Virus record (IMG/VR): IMGVR_UViG_3300031673_000012
Coordinates: 21,419-85,418 of that record
Reading direction: 5' to 3' (one strand)
DNA length: 64,000 nt
From: a virus
Shown here: positions 38,581 to 48,415 of the stretch, piece after piece
Layout of the letters: each line of letters begins with the position of its first letter
How positions within the stretch are numbered: position 1 is the first letter of the stretch
Notes under the pieces: model-generated
The model's database searches: none
What the model saw: the letters and a program-made list of their open reading frames with translations, nothing else
Told to the model about the DNA's origin: nothing
Program-made: the position numbers and the translations under genes

Positions 38581-41500
38581 TTATGGTATTATTATTGTAG
38601 CTCTTTTCCCATTATATGTACCTACTGTTCCCCCAAATGTACCTACTGTATTTACAGGTGGTGGTTCTTCTTCTTCTTCACCTTCATAAACTCCCATGGC
38701 CGGAGGATCTTCCCATTCTTCTAAATCAAAATCATATATTACCCCACTAACAGTAAGCCCTTCCCCAATTACAGGAGAAGTTTCTTGCAAATGAAAATCA
38801 CTTCCTGAAACAAATTCTGGGTCTTCACCAATAGCATTAGCCTCTTGGGATATTGCCGCCTGCCACGTTGATAATGAACTATAATTGGTACTACCTATTC
38901 TCCCTATATAACCAGTTGTTGTATAATAACAATTATAATCCAATGTAATATTAGTAAGATCACTTAATGAACCTATTGAAAATAATCTTTCCGTTGCATT
39001 ATAAAATATATTATTTCTTATATTAACATTTGATCTTGTTGCAGTAAAATTATATATTCTTATCGCTTGTCCTGTTACCCCATCTGTTCTTTGATAATGA
39101 CCAAATCCCCCTCCAGAATTAACTATTGTATTATGTTCAAAATAAATATTTTGAGCAGTTGCTGTTTCAGGTCTAAAATAAAATTCAAAACCATATTCGC
39201 AATTTGAAATAATATTATTTCTTAAGACAAGGTTTTGTGCTGTATATGTTCCAGTATATCCCTGTGCAGATAAACCAGCATCATAAATATTATCTACCTT
39301 ACATCTCTCAATAGTTATATCACGAATCCCTTCCCACATTTGCAACCCATTCCCAAAACGTACAGAATAATCACTATTCTGATCTACACCCCCGATATAA
39401 CTAATATCAAGATCATAAAAATTAATATAATTACCTCCATAAGCCCATAAACAAGCACCCCAATATCTAAAATCAAGATTCTGAAATGTTACATATTGTT
39501 TTCCTGACATTGATGTTAACCCATATTTATATAATGCACATTCAATATCAGTATAATAAGTAGCAGGATTACTTGTAGAATAAAGTCTTATCCTATTATT
39601 AACATGATCATACCAAAATTCTCCCTGAGCATCAAGTGTAGGTGTTGCCGACATTATCTTAACCCCACAACTTGCTTCTCCATTAAAAATAAGATTTCCT
39701 ACATCAACTGTAAATGTAGCATCTGAGTTTTGCCAAATATTTGTTAAAACTTCAGACCAATCACCTGTACTATTTTCTTCCTTTGAACCTAAGAATAATG
39801 GTTTATTACCTGTATCATAAGCACCATAATACATATAATAAGATGATGTTCCAGAATTTGGAATTAAAGCCTCTCTCCATATACTACCCCTTTTAAAGAA
39901 TACAGAATCTGATTCCAAAAATGTAAAATTATTTACCTTACCCACCGTTTCCCATGCCAAAGCATCAGAAGTTCCTGTATAACTATCATTACCCCCATTC
40001 TTTACATAATATTTAATCCCCCCACTTGGTTCACCTATAAATTCATAAGCCCCAATAGCTGGAGGATCATCCCATGGCTCGTAATCATAATCGTAATCTG
40101 ATACTGGAGTATAACCTTCTCCTATAGCTGGAGAAGTTTCTAATAAATGCCAATCAGAAGAACTTACAAAATTTGGATTATAACCTTCCCAATTATCAGA
40201 ATATGTATATCCGGTACCTGGAACATAATCTCCATGATCACCTGTATCTTCAGTGTAAAGTGGCACATTAGAATTACCATTACCATAAAAAAGATTATTT
40301 GTAATACGAACATTAGTATTATCCGTTTCTCCCCATCCAATAATAGGTGCTTGATAAGAACCATAATCAAATCCAACTATAATATTATTTCGAATATTAT
40401 AATTATCCGTTGTAACTCCACTCGGGAGAAACATACCAGTACCAACATAAACACCCGATTTCGTAACATCAATAGATGTTATAGTATTATTATATATATA
40501 AACATCCTCTATAGTATTAATATCATATTGTGACCAACTTGTAGAACCAATTCCATATATTGATCCGCGAGTATACCCAGACCCATTCTCACCAAGATTA
40601 ACAATCAGATTATCATAAATCCAAATATCCCGATAATAACTTGGGTAATCATGACCATAAGCATATTGTGGCCATATAAAAGAATATATTATTCCCTGAG
40701 ATACATATTTAATTAAGTTGTTATTTATTATTATCCCATTAATATAAGCCTCAAGATTAATACCTCTTTCAAAATGATCCTGAGTAGAACTGAAGCCCGT
40801 TGTATTATCATGTATCCATGTACCATAATTTGTTGCTCTCTTATGAGTACCAGTTACATCTATTTCTCCAACAATAGTATTATCATGTATCTCACATTCA
40901 TCCATATTATACCAACATTCTATAGCAAAATTATAACTACCCGTTGGTCGTTCATCAACTGTTATATCACAATCATAAATTTTGAATCCCCTGTTAAAGC
41001 CAGTTACCATCTTAATACCATAACCATTTGATCCCCAAGCTCTGGCTGTTTGTGTTATTATAACATCATGACATAAGAATCCGTTCTGTGTATTAAATTC
41101 CAAATTACCATGCCCTGATGTACCAGATAATAATCCACAATTAGTAAATACACAACTATAAATCTGGTTACCATTAGACCAATATGAGGGCATTACCTCA
41201 TCTGGTTCAAATATATTTGTAGCAGTCCAAGAACTTGAATGTTGCCCATTAAAATATACTCCCTTATAATAAAAGTTATTAAAATCACAATCATGTATAA
41301 TAACATTATGCCTATAGTTAATTGATATACACATATAGGTACTTGATCCATTACCATTAAATGTTATTCCACTTATAGATTGATTTCCCTCACCATATAA
41401 CCATCCTTCATCTGTTTCAGCCTCAATCATTGCCTCACTACTACTCCCAGTAAAAGTTGATGTTATAGTAACTACACTCTTCCCTGCTCCTTCAATAATA

Positions 41501-43341
41501 ACTCCATTCTCTAAAATACATTGAGTAGCTTGACTATAAGCCCCTGCATTAATATGAATTTTATCTCCAACAGTAGTTGCTCTAGTACAAGCATAACCTA
41601 ATGTTGCCCAAGGTTCACTAGCTGAACCATCTCTCCCTGGATCATCAACACCATCTTCATCAACATAATAAATATTTTCTTCACCAACAAACTCATAAGC
41701 TCCCATAGTAGCAGTAGATGGAGTATCCCATGGAACTCCATCATAATCATAATTTGAATATGCTACAGTACCTTCACTTATAACTGGTGAACCTTCCTGT
41801 AAATGAAGATTAGTGGTACTTACAAATAAAGGATTACTGGTAATATTACCTGTAGATAAATCAACCCTTACTTGAGTAATTGACCCACTAATATATACTA
41901 TATTATATCCATTATTATAAAAATCATTATAAGTAACATCTATATCTGTAAATGATGCTGATTCCCCCACCTGAATACCAAAATAAATAGGATAATTATC
42001 CCAACTGTGAAATATATTATTTTGAATTGTAGAATTAGTAAAAGTCCCATTAGCTGTCCATCTTATACCATTATAATTATATCCAGATCCACCATAAAAT
42101 GTATTATTTCGAATATGAAAATTATCAAGAGTTACACTATATCCACCATTAGCAGCTAAATCAACAAGCATCCCCCAAGTAGAAGTATAATCAGTATAAC
42201 CTATATTATCCAATACATTATTATAAATATAGAAATATGTAAAACTTTGATTATAAGTACCAGCAGTGGTAAAAGCTATACCACGTGGATTTGATTTAAT
42301 ATAATTATTATAAATATAAACATAATTATATGTTCCCTTTTCAACCTCAATAGCTGCATTAGTATGACCAACTTGAGTTGGACTATAATAAGAAATTTGA
42401 TTTCCAGTAGTAGTTGTAAAAGTATTATCATGTACTGATATTGTAAAAGGATAAGATCCTTTTGTTGATGAACCATTATCCGCATTACTAAAATCTAATT
42501 TTGCAGCTCCTATAAATGTATTATCATAAAATTCAACTCCACCTTGTAAATGAAATATTTCTGAAAAGAAATTCCATCTTCCGTAACTATCAGATGGTAG
42601 ACCTTCTCTATCATTTCTTGTAAAATCACAATCATGCATTGTAATTCCACGACAATTAGTAATATTAAGTGAGTTACCATTATATCCAGGAGATCTTTCA
42701 TTATTAGTAAAAATACAATTATAAATCTCCATTTCTTCTTGACCATCGATACGAAGATTACCTGGATCAAGAGAAGAATAGTGTCTGTCGGAACAGTTTG
42801 TTACAGTATTATTATAAAAATCATTACCAGAAGCATAAGTTACTGGAGGCTGTGTCCAACCAATTTGGTTGCGGTAATGAACACCAGTTGCAGCAAAATT
42901 GCTTATGGTACAATGATGTATTATTACATTATACCTATACCCTACCCATATACCACGAGTGGCAGTTAAATTATTTCCATTAATATTTATATAAGATATC
43001 GTCTGATCACCATTAGTCAATGAGCTTGAATATAAATATATGTAAGCATTACTATTACTTGACGATACATAACTAGTAGTTATATTAGGTATATTAGAAC
43101 TATTTCCTAATATATTAACTCTTATAGCTAATACTACTCTATTATTATCAGTATATGATCCTGAATTAACATATATAGTATTATCAGACCCTACTTGAGA
43201 AGCGGCATACGATAAACGATACCAAGGTTTACCAGAAGAACCATCACCTGTATCATCATTACCTCCAGGGTCAATATAATAAGTTGCTCCTTTTAATAAA
43301 AATGGAATAAATAATAATAATAGAAATATTAATTTCCTCAT
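38581..43341 (-). CDS. Signal-peptide protein with three right-handed beta-helix (pectin lyase-like) modules
   Basis: MRKLIFLLLLFIPFLLKG|A; three modules, each starting YY(I/V)xxxGxD...W and ending HLxExSPxI...G(A/V)YE. Confidence 0.8.
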   Translation of the reverse strand: MRKLIFLLLLFIPFLLKGATYYIDPGGNDDTGDGSSGKPWYRLSYAASQVGSDNTIYVNSGSYTDNNRVVLAIRVNILGNSSNIPNITTSYVSSSNSNAYIYLYSSSLTNGDQTISYININGNNLTATRGIWVGYRYNVIIHHCTISNFAATGVHYRNQIGWTQPPVTYASGNDFYNNTVTNCSDRHYSSLDPGNLRIDGQEEMEIYNCIFTNNERSPGYNGNSLNITNCRGITMHDCDFTRNDREGLPSDSYGRWNFFSEIFHLQGGVEFYDNTFIGAAKLDFSNADNGSSTKGSYPFTISVHDNTFTTTTGNQISYYSPTQVGHTNAAIEVEKGTYNYVYIYNNYIKSNPRGIAFTTAGTYNQSFTYFYIYNNVLDNIGYTDYTSTWGMLVDLAANGGYSVTLDNFHIRNNTFYGGSGYNYNGIRWTANGTFTNSTIQNNIFHSWDNYPIYFGIQVGESASFTDIDVTYNDFYNNGYNIVYISGSITQVRVDLSTGNITSNPLFVSTTNLHLQEGSPVISEGTVAYSNYDYDGVPWDTPSTATMGAYEFVGEENIYYVDEDGVDDPGRDGSASEPWATLGYACTRATTVGDKIHINAGAYSQATQCILENGVIIEGAGKSVVTITSTFTGSSSEAMIEAETDEGWLYGEGNQSISGITFNGNGSSTYMCISINYRHNVIIHDCDFNNFYYKGVYFNGQHSSSWTATNIFEPDEVMPSYWSNGNQIYSCVFTNCGLLSGTSGHGNLEFNTQNGFLCHDVIITQTARAWGSNGYGIKMVTGFNRGFKIYDCDITVDERPTGSYNFAIECWYNMDECEIHDNTIVGEIDVTGTHKRATNYGTWIHDNTTGFSSTQDHFERGINLEAYINGIIINNNLIKYVSQGIIYSFIWPQYAYGHDYPSYYRDIWIYDNLIVNLGENGSGYTRGSIYGIGSTSWSQYDINTIEDVYIYNNTITSIDVTKSGVYVGTGMFLPSGVTTDNYNIRNNIIVGFDYGSYQAPIIGWGETDNTNVRITNNLFYGNGNSNVPLYTEDTGDHGDYVPGTGYTYSDNWEGYNPNFVSSSDWHLLETSPAIGEGYTPVSDYDYDYEPWDDPPAIGAYEFIGEPSGGIKYYVKNGGNDSYTGTSDALAWETVGKVNNFTFLESDSVFFKRGSIWREALIPNSGTSSYYMYYGAYDTGNKPLFLGSKEENSTGDWSEVLTNIWQNSDATFTVDVGNLIFNGEASCGVKIMSATPTLDAQGEFWYDHVNNRIRLYSTSNPATYYTDIECALYKYGLTSMSGKQYVTFQNLDFRYWGACLWAYGGNYINFYDLDISYIGGVDQNSDYSVRFGNGLQMWEGIRDITIERCKVDNIYDAGLSAQGYTGTYTAQNLVLRNNIISNCEYGFEFYFRPETATAQNIYFEHNTIVNSGGGFGHYQRTDGVTGQAIRIYNFTATRSNVNIRNNIFYNATERLFSIGSLSDLTNITLDYNCYYTTTGYIGRIGSTNYSSLSTWQAAISQEANAIGEDPEFVSGSDFHLQETSPVIGEGLTVSGVIYDFDLEEWEDPPAMGVYEGEEEEEPPPVNTVGTFGGTVGTYNGKRATIIIP

Positions 43342-43351
43342 AATTTAATAA

Positions 43352-44128
43352 TTAAAATGGGTGAGTAATTCCGTCTCCACCGTTCCAAGATTCTGCAACT
43401 TCATCTGATGTTAAATCTCTGTTATAAATTGAGAATTCATCTAAATCACCATAATAAAAACTGCCAGTCTCAGCTTCATTAGTACCAAAATGTAAATCAC
43501 AATTAGCATGATAAACTAAATTCACTGCAAACTCTCCCTGGGTAGGAGTACCATTATCAACATATATATAAACTACATTAGAAGTATTATCCCAGGTACA
43601 TACAATATGATGCCACGTTGTTCCTGTTAAACCCGTTGTTGTTGTCAGTTGGTACATAGTACCAGCACCATTAGCTAATTGAAATCTTATATATCCTGCT
43701 GTAGTAAAAAATACAGCCCAACCATACCAATTAGTTGAATATGTGTAGTTAGAAGCAATAAGTCTGGTTGATCCTATGCCTGCAGATTTTATCCAAAATG
43801 CAAGACTTAAGCCATCAGTCGGTTGACAAATACCAGTTCCTAAAGCTACATTACTTGAAGTCCCATTAAATGTATAACAACGACCAATTTTTCCTCCTGC
43901 TGTATATGTGATATCCGTATTATCTCCATCTAAATTATTCTCAGTTGCATCATAACAAGTAGGTCCAGTAGTTTCATCCAATTTCCAATACCCCATAAGA
44001 CCATCTAATAAAGTAGATTCTTCAGCTTCTTCCCTACTAATAGATGAAGCAATGACACCAGGAAACATTATCTGACCACTAACATTAATGGTTAAAAGTA
44101 ATAATAGATATATTAATAATTTCTTCAT
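43352..44128 (-). CDS. Signal-peptide LamG/concanavalin A-like lectin protein
   Basis: MKKLLIYLLLLLTINVSG|Q; GYWKLDE, WHHIVCTWD, YGDLDEFSIYNRDLT. Confidence 0.88.
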   Translation of the reverse strand: MKKLLIYLLLLLTINVSGQIMFPGVIASSISREEAEESTLLDGLMGYWKLDETTGPTCYDATENNLDGDNTDITYTAGGKIGRCYTFNGTSSNVALGTGICQPTDGLSLAFWIKSAGIGSTRLIASNYTYSTNWYGWAVFFTTAGYIRFQLANGAGTMYQLTTTTGLTGTTWHHIVCTWDNTSNVVYIYVDNGTPTQGEFAVNLVYHANCDLHFGTNEAETGSFYYGDLDEFSIYNRDLTSDEVAESWNGGDGITHPF

Positions 44129-44136
44129 AATATATA

Positions 44137-45402
44137 TTATAAAACAGGTGTAACATCACCCATTAATATCCATGTATTAGTATCGATTTTAAATAAAGTA
44201 CCTGAACTATACTGACCGCTTAATTGAAGTGCATCATCAGGAGCATTAACTGTAACTCCTGAATATTCCACTATAGTAGTAGCTCCAGTCCCCATACTAA
44301 TCACTGTTATTTGAGTATGTAATGGAAATGCTACACTACTATTAAGAGGTACAGTTAATGTATTGGCTGATGAATTACTCATAGTCACTACTTTACCATC
44401 ATCTGTTAATACTAATGTATAAGAAATACCTGTTTGAGCATTTATTTCAGGATGTTTTAGTAAAAATACATCCTCTAAAGGAGTTGTATCATCAAGTTGA
44501 TCTTGTATATTACCATCTAATCCCTGTGAATATTCTAATTCTGCCGGAGTTACTGTTAAAGATGAAGTCCATGCACTACCAGTAGAAACAGGTACACCTG
44601 CTGCAGGGTATGTCATACCACCAGCAGGTGTTGCCCAAGTCCCATCTGCTCTTAAATAATTAGTTGTACCACCTCCAAGTTTTAATAAATAACCATGTTG
44701 TCCTGTGGTAGCATCACCTGTAGTTATATCTGTAAATGTAATTGAAGACTCCGGTTGAGTATGCCCAGCCCAATCTCCCCAACTATAAGCAGTATTCCAG
44801 TTTGCAGAATAATCAGTAATAGAAGTTCCCCATGCACTACCAGTAGATAAAGCTATACCAGCACCAGGATATACCATACCACTTCCACCTGGAGGCTCTG
44901 CCCAAGTCCCATCTGCTCTTAAATAATTAGTAGTCCCTCCACCTAATTTCATTAAATATCCATGCTGTCCAGTACTAGCATCACCTGTAGTTATATCTGT
45001 AAATGTAATTGTAGATTCTGCTTGGGTATGTCCTGCCCAGTCACCCCAACTATAAGCAGTATTCCAATTAGAAATAGCCATAGGTGTTCCATTAATTGAA
45101 GGTATATTAGTTATTTCTAAATCAATAAGCCACCCTTTTGAAAATCTTGATCCAGTTGCTCCTAAAGTACCAGTACCAAAAATATTATTAGTCCCAACAC
45201 TAAAATCACCCCCTGCTAAAGTTAATAGATCAGAACTTTGAGAAAGAGTGATATCATTATTATAAAAATTTATAATCCCATTAGTCCCACTAAGGTGAAA
45301 AATAGGATTTGCTTTCCTTATCTCGATATTCCGGGTTGTAACTTGGGGGAAACAACTAACCATGCAAAACATTAAAAAAAGAATCCCAACTAATTTTTTC
45401 AT
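44137..45402 (-). CDS. Signal-peptide phage fibre-like protein with internal tandem duplication
   Basis: MKKLVGILFLMFCMVSCFP|Q; two repeats of about 89 aa; C-terminal NAQTGISYTLVLTD...TNTWILMGD fibre domain. Confidence 0.75.
   Translation of the reverse strand: MKKLVGILFLMFCMVSCFPQVTTRNIEIRKANPIFHLSGTNGIINFYNNDITLSQSSDLLTLAGGDFSVGTNNIFGTGTLGATGSRFSKGWLIDLEITNIPSINGTPMAISNWNTAYSWGDWAGHTQAESTITFTDITTGDASTGQHGYLMKLGGGTTNYLRADGTWAEPPGGSGMVYPGAGIALSTGSAWGTSITDYSANWNTAYSWGDWAGHTQPESSITFTDITTGDATTGQHGYLLKLGGGTTNYLRADGTWATPAGGMTYPAAGVPVSTGSAWTSSLTVTPAELEYSQGLDGNIQDQLDDTTPLEDVFLLKHPEINAQTGISYTLVLTDDGKVVTMSNSSANTLTVPLNSSVAFPLHTQITVISMGTGATTIVEYSGVTVNAPDDALQLSGQYSSGTLFKIDTNTWILMGDVTPVL
44560..45070. 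repeat. Two tandem intragenic repeats of about 267 bp
   Basis: For example, cccaagtcccatctgctcttaaataattagt occurs near 44634 and 44901. Confidence 0.85.
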
Positions 45403-45404
45403 AT

Positions 45405-45731
45405 CTATGGTAAATTAATAAGTACTAAATTATAATTAAATAAAACATTATTACCAGAAGAATCATCAACAGTAATATTTAACCTTAAATCATCTCCAGA
45501 TATATCCGCAGTTAAAGGTGTAGCTAAATTATCTAATCCTACATCATCCCCAAAAAATTGGTGTAATACTTCTGCAGTAGTAATTTTACTTATTACTTTA
45601 ATTCTCCCAGATTGAAATAATGATCCACGAGAACAAGAATAATCCACAATAACACCTTCGTCAACTGTTATATCTCCAATAATAACATTGGAAACTGTAT
45701 CATATGGTAATGTGGTATGAAGAGTAGCCAT
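45405..45731 (-). CDS. Small structural protein paralogous to an internal domain of the long tail fibre
   Basis: HTTLPY...RGSLFQSG...DDVGL...DLRLNITVDDSS matches the fibre segment at about 17600-17885. Confidence 0.7.
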   Translation of the reverse strand: MATLHTTLPYDTVSNVIIGDITVDEGVIVDYSCSRGSLFQSGRIKVISKITTAEVLHQFFGDDVGLDNLATPLTADISGDDLRLNITVDDSSGNNVLFNYNLVLINLP

Positions 45732-45756
45732 AGATTATATTTGAATATTAACAGGA

Positions 45757-45793
45757 AAGGGGTATACTTACGTCGGTGGTAAGCATACCCCTT
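45757..45793 (-). terminator. Terminator-like hairpin
   Basis: 15-bp stem AAGGGGTATGCTTAC/GTAAGTATACCCCTT with one G-U pair on the minus strand; weak U tract. Confidence 0.55.
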
Positions 45794-45816
45794 AGGTATA
45801 TGGATTTCAGCAGGTA

Positions 45817-46212
45817 TTAAGCGACGTTTTGAGCCAAAGCTCCCAAAATAATATTGACCCCATCAAATACTCCCATGAACATATCAATATCATCTGTACT
45901 TGAACTAACTGTAGCATCTGTTAAAATATTTGATCCCCAAGTTACAGTTCTAGCTCCAGTACCATCCTGGATTATTTTTAAATAAACTCTTTCACCTACT
46001 TTTAATCCTAAAACTGTAGCATTTAAAGTAATATTTGCTGAACCCAAATTTAGGATAAAGAATTTATTTAAAGTAAAATCAAGAGTTATCTCAGTTTCAG
46101 CAGCTAAAATAATTTCAGAAGATTCAGCTCCAATCATATCCTTAACCATACCCTGATTAACTGTTGGGGGAAATATACTTTGAAGAAGATTGATTAAAGT
46201 TCTACGGCTCAT
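45817..46212 (-). CDS. Fibre-domain structural protein
   Basis: IIQDGTGARTVTWG motif typical of phage fibre domains. Confidence 0.6.
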   Translation of the reverse strand: MSRRTLINLLQSIFPPTVNQGMVKDMIGAESSEIILAAETEITLDFTLNKFFILNLGSANITLNATVLGLKVGERVYLKIIQDGTGARTVTWGSNILTDATVSSSTDDIDMFMGVFDGVNIILGALAQNVA

Positions 46213-46225
46213 AATAATTTAATTT

Positions 46226-46248
46226 AAAAAAAGGGACTTTTGTCCCTT
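46226..46248 (-). terminator. Intrinsic terminator
   Basis: AAGGGAC-AAAA-GTCCCTT running into a T tract on the minus strand. Confidence 0.7.
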
Positions 46249-46272
46249 ATTATACCTATGATTATGATAAAA

Positions 46273-46692
46273 TTATTCTTCTTCGTTTTCCAAGTCAAGA
46301 AGTTCAGCTACCATTGCATCATGTTTTAACTTTTTGAAAGCTTCAATATCTTCAGGCCCAACTTCATATTTTTCCTCATAATAGAGTACCAATTCAGCCT
46401 TAGTTTTATCTTCCAAAATTTCCTGGAAAGTAGGTTCTTTACCATCAGGATTAACATCTTCTTTTTTATTAAGAGTTCCTTCAGAAAGATTTTGCTGAAA
46501 CTTTAAAAATTCCTCTTCTGTAGCTAATTCAAGATGCCCACCCCTTAAAGCATTTTTCATTTTAACAGATCTTTTCTGTTTAAAAGATTTAAGCTCTTTA
46601 ACTTCTCCCTTTGCTATATCGAATTTTGAAAATGGATCAGCAAAACAACGAGCATTTTTTCCACACTTAACAAATGTTCTTTTTTTAGCCAT
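46273..46692 (-). CDS. Hypothetical protein downstream of the major capsid gene
   Basis: Charged 139-aa ORF. Confidence 0.6.
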   Translation of the reverse strand: MAKKRTFVKCGKNARCFADPFSKFDIAKGEVKELKSFKQKRSVKMKNALRGGHLELATEEEFLKFQQNLSEGTLNKKEDVNPDGKEPTFQEILEDKTKAELVLYYEEKYEVGPEDIEAFKKLKHDAMVAELLDLENEEE

Positions 46693-46720
46693 GATAATAT
46701 TTTTTAATTTAAATAAAATA

Positions 46721-46764
46721 GTCTAAACTCACAATTAACTTGTTATATTAACTAGAGTTTAGAC
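46721..46764 (-). terminator. Long hairpin 3' of the major capsid gene
   Basis: GTCTAAACTC/GAGTTTAGAC outer stem with further inner pairing, then TATTTT. Confidence 0.55.
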
Positions 46765-46772
46765 CAGATTAT

Positions 46773-47873
46773 TTAATCAATAGTTACATTCTGATATGGA
46801 TCAACATCCATTTCAGTAGGTAATGGATAACCGGAAATAGCTTTCGAACGATCGATAATTAAAGCTGCATCAGTAAAGAGTTTTGCAAAACCGGTTTGTA
46901 AAGTAACATAAAAAGCTTCTGTTTGATTTGATACTATCCTTTCAGATTCAACTTTCATCGGCCATCCATTAAATTTAATAATTGCAGATGTAGGATCAAG
47001 AATAATTGCCTGATTATCAGGAACATTACCATGGATATAGAAATTAGTAGCCTTTGGAACTGGGGATTTAAAAATAAGGGTTTCTTGAGGAGCTCCCATA
47101 ACCGGAGTTTTAAATTCTGTCAAATCCAAAACATCAACAGCAATATCTTCTCCCCCGATAAGAGTGTTAGGTACACGACCCATACGACCCATCCTTACCC
47201 AGATTACGAGCAAATCTTTATATACAAGAGTAGTCCCAGTAGCAGTTCCTACAACAGGAGCAGATTCTGAACCATCTACCTGTTCTCCATTTATAAGACA
47301 ATCAATAGACAAAACATCTGTTGCATGACCCAACTTAATTCCAAAATCCCTCATGAAAATAGAAACAAGGTTTAAAGAAGCATAATAAACTACTTCATCT
47401 GTAAGTTTAATACCTCTACCAACTTTCCAGATACGGAATTCTTTCGATCCGTAAGAAACTGTTCCCAGAGGGATAGTTTCCCCTTCTCCAACATAACGAG
47501 GAGCAGCATCAGACATATTGATATGCGGCATAACTTGTTTCAATCCTCTCATTTGTTCTTCCCCGGCAATAATGTTTGGATAAATAGGTGCAGCTCGATA
47601 ACCCAATAGAAGAGCAGTTCTGAAAATTTCCGGAATAATCCAACGAACATCTACTTCAGGTACTGTTACAAGATTCTGTATAGTATCTGTAGCCGGATCA
47701 ATTCCCAAATCTGCTAAAAATTGTTCCAAGGATACGTTATGTTTTTCTTTAAGAACTTTTTCAAAAGAAATATCCTTTGGATTATCTTTATGAGACCTGA
47801 TAGCTTCAGCTGTCTTTACTATGTCCTGTACTTGACCCTTAAATTGACTAACTTCATATTTTTTAAGATCCAT
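46773..47873 (-). CDS. Major capsid protein (HK97 fold)
   Basis: IIPEIF, YVGEGETIP, KVGRGIKLTDE; follows protease and decoration genes. Confidence 0.88.
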   Translation of the reverse strand: MDLKKYEVSQFKGQVQDIVKTAEAIRSHKDNPKDISFEKVLKEKHNVSLEQFLADLGIDPATDTIQNLVTVPEVDVRWIIPEIFRTALLLGYRAAPIYPNIIAGEEQMRGLKQVMPHINMSDAAPRYVGEGETIPLGTVSYGSKEFRIWKVGRGIKLTDEVVYYASLNLVSIFMRDFGIKLGHATDVLSIDCLINGEQVDGSESAPVVGTATGTTLVYKDLLVIWVRMGRMGRVPNTLIGGEDIAVDVLDLTEFKTPVMGAPQETLIFKSPVPKATNFYIHGNVPDNQAIILDPTSAIIKFNGWPMKVESERIVSNQTEAFYVTLQTGFAKLFTDAALIIDRSKAISGYPLPTEMDVDPYQNVTID

Positions 47874-47926
47874 GATATAAGGTATTTATAGATTATTTTT
47901 AATTTAAAAAGGTACTGGTCTGGTAA

Positions 47927-48358
47927 TTACAGGAGTGCAACCCTTATAATATCCCCATCATCACCCCCTTCAAGAGCCCATCCGATTTGGGTTGCATAAG
48001 TAACAGTATCATCATCAATAAGAATATATCCTGTAGTAGCATTATATACAGCAGAAGAACCAAGTCTTACAGGACCTGCAGCTAGTGCATTAGTTTCGCA
48101 TTCTGCAAAGACAATTGCATAAGCTTTCATCATTACAGTAATAAGTTCTCCTGCTACTCCATCATGCATTGAAAACCCAATTATCTGTTGAGTAGTACTA
48201 GATATACCAGCAGCCTGAACTATTCCATCATCAGCTATTACAACTGGCTGACCTTTATAAACAGTTTGTCCGGTATTAACCTCAAATTCCTGAAAAAGTT
48301 TATGACTTTCTGATTTGAGAATAATTGTTTTTGTGTCAGTTCCAAAAAGATATGGCAT
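47927..48358 (-). CDS. Head decoration/cement protein (short paralogue)
   Basis: Upstream of the capsid gene; VYKGQPV...IIG...IGWALE.G..GDIIRV. Confidence 0.7.
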   Translation of the reverse strand: MPYLFGTDTKTIILKSESHKLFQEFEVNTGQTVYKGQPVVIADDGIVQAAGISSTTQQIIGFSMHDGVAGELITVMMKAYAIVFAECETNALAAGPVRLGSSAVYNATTGYILIDDDTVTYATQIGWALEGGDDGDIIRVALL

Positions 48359-48415
48359 AATATTCCGATTTTAAATTATCAAATATTTTTACTTATAATA
48401 ATACAAGTCTAGTTT

